The notes beneath the pieces were generated by a model, which was not told the origin of the DNA, ran no database searches, and was given only the letters and a program-made list of their open reading frames with translations. Shown here piece after piece: positions 59,002-64,000 of a DNA stretch of 64,000 nucleotides (position 1 is the stretch's first letter; every line of letters starts with the position of its first letter). The DNA is from Deltaproteobacteria bacterium. Lineage in GTDB: Bacteria; Desulfobacterota; Desulfobulbia; Desulfobulbales; Desulfurivibrionaceae. The stretch lies in NCBI GenBank assembly GCA_021802645.1, contig JAJZRO010000007.1, forward strand, positions 51,073 through 115,072, given 5' to 3'. The position numbers and the translations under genes are program-made.

Positions 59002-60114
59002 TTACAGGTTGGTGGAAACCCTTCGTCCCTCGTCAACCGCCCGTAAGGCGGAGTGACGCTGACGTCCGGGCGCCTCGCCGCGCCCCTCCCGCGCTGCCAC
59101 CGTCATCCCCTGCATCTTGGTCTGAAAACCGAAATCCACCAACCGCCGGACATCCTCCCACATGGACTCGCTTCCCATGAGCGCAACGATGATTTCGTGG
59201 CCGTCACGGCTGAATTTACCGACATACGTCTTGCGGGCAGCATCAGTATAACCGGTCTTGCCGCCCTCGGCGCCCTCGATCTGCCAGAGTGCCCTATTGT
59301 GAGAGTGCAACAGCTTGCCGTCACTGGTTTTCACCTCGGTAACGGCCATGCGCCGGCAAAAATCCCCATCCAGCATCGCCTGCCGGAAAATCGTCGCCAA
59401 GTCGTGGGCGGTAGTCTGCTGTCCCGGCGCGGTCAAGCCGTTGGCCGTCTTGCAAATCGTATTGGTGGCGCCCAGTGATTCCGCCTTACGTGTCATCAGT
59501 TTGGCAAAGGCTCTCTCCGAGCCCGCGATCCGTTCGGCCAACGCCACACTGGCGTCGTTGGCCGAAGCCAGCAGCACCGCATTGATGAGGTCGTCGGCCA
59601 CATATGTTTTCCCGGGCCGGAGATAAACCTTGGAACGCGGCATCCGCGCCGCCTCCCGGCTGGCTGGGACCATGTCGTCGGGGCGTAACGACTGCACCGC
59701 GATCAATCCGGTCAACACTTTGATGGTGCTGGCAGGCTGTCGCGGCAGATCCGGATTGAGGGCGTAAATCAACTCGCCGGTCGCCGCATCCATTATCACG
59801 GCGCTCCGCGATGTCAGTTGCTCCTGCAAATAGGCCGCGCCCTGAATGTTGTCGCCGTAATGCTCGGCTACTCTGACGCAGTGAACAGCGCCTTGTTTTT
59901 TCGCGAGGGCGGCATGCCGCCTTTTTGCCCGCCGCAGCCGATGTTTTTGGGCGGCGGCCGAGGCCTTCGACTTCTTCTCCCCCCGAACGCTCGCACTCCG
60001 CTTGTGCTTGACGGCACCCCGATGATGCGTATTGCGCGCCAACGCGGGGGGCGCCATAAGCAACAACGTCACTCCGAAGACCAGGATAGTTTTAAATATC
60101 TTTTCCAACCTCAT
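59002..60114 (-). CDS. D-alanyl-D-alanine carboxypeptidase (S11, PBP5/6-like)
   Basis: 370 aa with a signal peptide, SxxK (ASTIKVLT), SxN (SAND) and KTG (GGKTGYT). Confidence 0.88.
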   Translation of the reverse strand: MRLEKIFKTILVFGVTLLLMAPPALARNTHHRGAVKHKRSASVRGEKKSKASAAAQKHRLRRAKRRHAALAKKQGAVHCVRVAEHYGDNIQGAAYLQEQLTSRSAVIMDAATGELIYALNPDLPRQPASTIKVLTGLIAVQSLRPDDMVPASREAARMPRSKVYLRPGKTYVADDLINAVLLASANDASVALAERIAGSERAFAKLMTRKAESLGATNTICKTANGLTAPGQQTTAHDLATIFRQAMLDGDFCRRMAVTEVKTSDGKLLHSHNRALWQIEGAEGGKTGYTDAARKTYVGKFSRDGHEIIVALMGSESMWEDVRRLVDFGFQTKMQGMTVAAREGRGEAPGRQRHSALRAVDEGRRVSTNL

Positions 60115-60786
60115 TGTCCTTTCCCCTTGTTCTCCCTATCGGAACATCACGAAATCATCATAAAAATCATCATGATATCCTAGAAAAAGCTATATCGCAT
60201 GGAGGAGGTATAAATCAACCTTTTTTTGAACTTTTTTGGGCAACAGGTTGTTTTCACGAAACTATTAACCATGTTGCTCCTATGCCAATCCCACAACCGG
60301 TTGGTGCCTTTGGTGTTCCACTACACGATATATGGGATACCGGCCATGAACAAGGAATTCCAGACGGACCATTCAATTTTTTCACTTTTTTCCGGCAAAG
60401 ACGCATGATGCTCTTTCTCCCAGCCTCACCTGTCAGCGTATTGGCGAAGATGGTTCCGGGAGTCGCCGATTGTTCAGGTATCACATGTTCCTCCAGGGGG
60501 AAGATCTCGTCTTTGGCGCTTCTCCACCGCAGCCTCTGCCAAGATCCTTGATTTCTTGAGGCAACACGGCATCATCGCGGCGCAGCTTTCCCGATACAGC
60601 GCCATCGCTCATCGGCCGGCAAGAGCGTTCGGCAGCACGTGCCGTTTCGGCCGGAGCGGAGGGTGGTGGCCGCTCACGGTTTGGGTGGTTTTGCCGGAGG
60701 CATCGAGGTAAGATAATGATTGTCGGCGCTGGAACCATCGCGCCCAGAGATGCGGCCGCGTCCGACGACCGTTGCGGAGGCAGCGC

Positions 60787-61866
<1,080 letters not shown>

Positions 61867-61870
61867 TCAT

Positions 61871-62338
61871 TCATTCCCCCTCGTCGTATACGACCCAGAA
61901 GAGCCCGTGTTCGGTATTGAAAAGGAAGAGCCCTGGCTGCGCGAGCAAGTCCGCGGCGGAAAAATCGGTCGTCGCCTGTGAGCGCGGCAGGCCGAGCTTC
62001 ATGGTGCCACCGGGGTCAACCCTCCCCAGCAGGCTGCCGACCGCCATGTTGGCCGTCTCTTTCACCGTGTCGAGCACCTGGGACTCGTTGACATCGGTGG
62101 CGTTGACGCCCAGAAAGTTGACCGTGATACCACGGGCCAGGCCCTGTGGCAGATAGAAACGGAAGCGGCCGGACTTCGCCCCCTGAAAACTGATGGTAGC
62201 CTCATAGTAGGAGGCATCGGTCGCGCCGATCTCTTCCTGGGTTGGCGTTTCGAACAACGGTTCCAGAAAGGTGAAATACATGGTCTCGAAGACCTCGGAC
62301 AAGGTCTCATAGATGGTCTGCCGCAGATTGGTATCCAT
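61871..62338 (-). CDS. CheX-like chemotaxis phosphatase domain protein
   Basis: 155 aa from ATG 62338. LSEVFETMYF..., SFQGAKSGRFRFYLPQGLA and DTVKETANMAVGSLLG fit the CheX-like pattern. Context lies between cheB and a CheY-like gene. Confidence 0.5.
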   Translation of the reverse strand: MDTNLRQTIYETLSEVFETMYFTFLEPLFETPTQEEIGATDASYYEATISFQGAKSGRFRFYLPQGLARGITVNFLGVNATDVNESQVLDTVKETANMAVGSLLGRVDPGGTMKLGLPRSQATTDFSAADLLAQPGLFLFNTEHGLFWVVYDEGE

Positions 62339-62367
62339 TGCACCTCCCACCGCGAAAGGATGAGCCG

Positions 62368-62808
62368 TTAAAAATCCATGTCGCTGTCTTCGCCGCCCTG
62401 GCGCGGCATGTCAGCCATCTGGTGTTCGTAGGCCTTGGCCAGCACCTCATAGAGGATGGTCTTGATGGTTTCCGGCACAAAGGGTTTTTTGATATATCCC
62501 GCCACCCCCAGGCGCTTCGCCTCTTCCACCCGGGCCTCGCTGGACTCGGTGGTGATGAAGATCAACGGGATGCGCCGGTAATCCGCGCTGGCGTTCACCG
62601 CCCGCAACAAATCCATGCCGCCCATCTCCGGCATGTTGATGTCGGAGAGGATCACATCGATCCAGTTGTTCTCCAGAATTGCCAGTGCCTCTTTGCCGTT
62701 GGCTGCCTCGTGGAATTCGCCGACCGGCACCCCGGACATCTCCACCGTCTTCTTGACCACGGCCCGCATGGTTTCCGAGTCGTCCGCCACCAGAATATTG
62801 AACGCCAT
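62368..62808 (-). CDS. CheY-like single-domain response regulator with an acidic C-terminal tail
   Basis: 146 aa reading NILVADDSETMR...VILSDINMPEMGG...IFITTE...YIKKPF. Confidence 0.85.
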   Translation of the reverse strand: MAFNILVADDSETMRAVVKKTVEMSGVPVGEFHEAANGKEALAILENNWIDVILSDINMPEMGGMDLLRAVNASADYRRIPLIFITTESSEARVEEAKRLGVAGYIKKPFVPETIKTILYEVLAKAYEHQMADMPRQGGEDSDMDF

Positions 62809-62865
62809 ACCCCCACTCCTGTCTTCACTTTAGCCCAACGCCTGCAACATGGAGCTTTTGCCGCG

Positions 62866-63711
62866 TCAGAGGTGAAAAAGCTCCTGCGCCCGTTCCATCT
62901 CTTCCAGCAGGTTCGCCATGCACAGATCCAGATTCGCCGGGGTGATCCCGAATCGTCGCAACCCCTCTCCTTGCAGCTTGGTGGCCAGGCCATCGGCTCC
63001 GACCCCGATCCCCATGGAGATCACCAGGGCATTGCTCAACGAGATCAGGGCGGTGAGCGGCTCCTTTTTCAAGGCATCCGGGTCATGGTGCTGAAGCACC
63101 GCCAGCTGCATCTCTTCCGGGAACTCCCATTTTTTTAAAATTATGCCACCGAGTTCGGCGTGGTCGATCCCCAGCAACTCCTTTTCTGCCTCCACGAAGG
63201 AACACTGATCCTTTACCACCTTGATCATGATCTGCTTGAAGTCGTCGGCCACAAAGGTGCTCAGAAATCGTTTGCCAATGTCGTGGAGCAATCCCACCGT
63301 ATAGGCAACGCCGGGATCCACCCCCTGAATGTATTTCACCATGTGTTTGGCGAGAATGGCCGTTGCCACGGAATGCCGCCAGAGTTCGCCCTGTTCGAGT
63401 TTATAGCCGTCGCCCACGGCGCCCTTGTAAAATCGGGCGCTGCTGCTGGTCACAATCACATCTTTCAGGGTGTCGTGACCCACGATCACCAACGCCTCGT
63501 TGAGGGAGGAAACCTTGCGCGGCAGGCCGAAATAGGCGGCGTTGCAGATCTTGAGCACATTGGCGGTGATGACCTGATCGTACTGGATCACCTCGGCTAA
63601 GGCTTTGGCATCGGTCTCCGGGTCGTCCAGCAGCTCCATGACCCGTTGCACCACCTTGGGAAAGGGCTGCACGTGCTTGACCAGGCTCAGGATTTCATCG
63701 ATGCGGCTCAT
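62866..63711 (-). CDS. HDOD-domain signalling protein
   Basis: 281 aa. PFPKVVQRVMELLDDPETDAKALAEVIQYDQVITANVLKICNAAYFGLPRKVSSLNEALVIVG and LLHDIGK match the HDOD pattern. Confidence 0.85.
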   Translation of the reverse strand: MSRIDEILSLVKHVQPFPKVVQRVMELLDDPETDAKALAEVIQYDQVITANVLKICNAAYFGLPRKVSSLNEALVIVGHDTLKDVIVTSSSARFYKGAVGDGYKLEQGELWRHSVATAILAKHMVKYIQGVDPGVAYTVGLLHDIGKRFLSTFVADDFKQIMIKVVKDQCSFVEAEKELLGIDHAELGGIILKKWEFPEEMQLAVLQHHDPDALKKEPLTALISLSNALVISMGIGVGADGLATKLQGEGLRRFGITPANLDLCMANLLEEMERAQELFHL

Positions 63712-64000
63712 AATTCAAACTCCCCCCGGCCGGAGACCTTTAACCGGGTGATGCCGGTGCCGATCTCGAGGCTCACCGTCCGGTTGCCGGTACCCCCGAC
63801 ATCTTCCTTGGCGATCATGATGTTGTTCTTCCAGAACATCTTGCGCAGCACGGCGTGGTTACGTTTGCCGATGTTGAAGATGCCGGCGTTGTCCATGATC
63901 TGGGAGCCCCCCACCACCTTGACGATCAGCCGGTTTTTGACGGCGCCGTATTTGTAGGTTTCCTTGAAGAGCAGCGGGATGCCGGAATCGGCAAACATGA
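63708..64000 (-). CDS. cheD: chemoreceptor glutamine deamidase CheD, 3' part only (the gene continues beyond the window)
   Basis: The C-terminal sequence ...GAVKNRLIVKVVGGSQIM...FNIGKRNHAVLRKMFWKNNIMIAKEDVGGTGNRTVSLEIGTG is typical of CheD. Confidence 0.85.
   Translation of the reverse strand, partial: MFADSGIPLLFKETYKYGAVKNRLIVKVVGGSQIMDNAGIFNIGKRNHAVLRKMFWKNNIMIAKEDVGGTGNRTVSLEIGTGITRLKVSGRGEFEL

Noticed and set aside
60254-60484. Small minus-strand ORF with a Cys/Gly-rich C-terminus (…CSWPVSHISCSGTPKAPTGCGIGIGATW…) considered as a RiPP precursor
   Set aside because: It has no credible RBS or start context and no adjacent modification, transport or immunity genes. Its composition is consistent with a chance ORF in an AT-richer spacer.

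Overview
High-GC (roughly 60% by eye) chromosomal window, most consistent by gene content with a flagellated Desulfobacterota/deltaproteobacterium-like organism (inference only). I recognised no rRNA, tRNA, CRISPR array, transposase or integrase. Layout: (1) 1-8.8 kb is a core block: DHH phosphoesterase 3' end, truB, rpsO, pnp, M16 peptidase, dut, then a translationally coupled MBL hydrolase / CbiR-like TIM barrel / cobT / cobS set. (2) 8.9-17.6 kb is an accessory, recombination-scarred region: BrnT/BrnA and Phd/ParE toxin-antitoxin pairs, a small M23-like peptidase flanked by two near-identical 4-Cys secreted miniproteins, a hemerythrin gene, and a ~2.1-2.2 kb tandem segmental duplication. 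That duplication carries a two-gene envelope module (DUF3568 lipoprotein plus a secreted Thr/Gly-repeat protein) and abuts an unusually long FlaG-like gene. (3) 17.6-22.2 kb holds a PAS/PocR hybrid histidine kinase bracketed by a yihY/brkB-family gene and a truncated copy of its 3' end. (4) 22.5-29.0 kb is a nitrogen cluster on the minus strand (sigma-54 promoter, amtB, glnK, glnD, type III glutamine synthetase). (5) 29.2-41.2 kb is a flagellar export and switch operon (fliLMNOPQR, flhBAFG, fliA, cheY, and a second atypical FliL-like gene). (6) 41.7-53.5 kb is housekeeping (aconitase, DUF362, fabL, maf, glyS, folE2, response regulator, galT, dksA-like, moaC, dnaJ, rpoZ). (7) 53.9-56.3 kb is a four-gene lipoprotein operon with two FlgO-like paralogs. 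(8) 56.5-60.1 kb holds a frameshifted tatC, a YkgJ-type Cys-cluster protein, an MTHFS-like protein and a D-Ala-D-Ala carboxypeptidase. (9) 60.8-64.0 kb is a che cluster (cheB, CheX-like, CheY-like, HDOD, cheD). The best candidate for something undescribed is the duplicated DUF3568 lipoprotein plus Gly-repeat secreted protein module next to the FlaG-like gene, followed by the M23-like/4-Cys miniprotein trio. All functional calls come from reading the translated ORFs against remembered family motifs. No database search was run.
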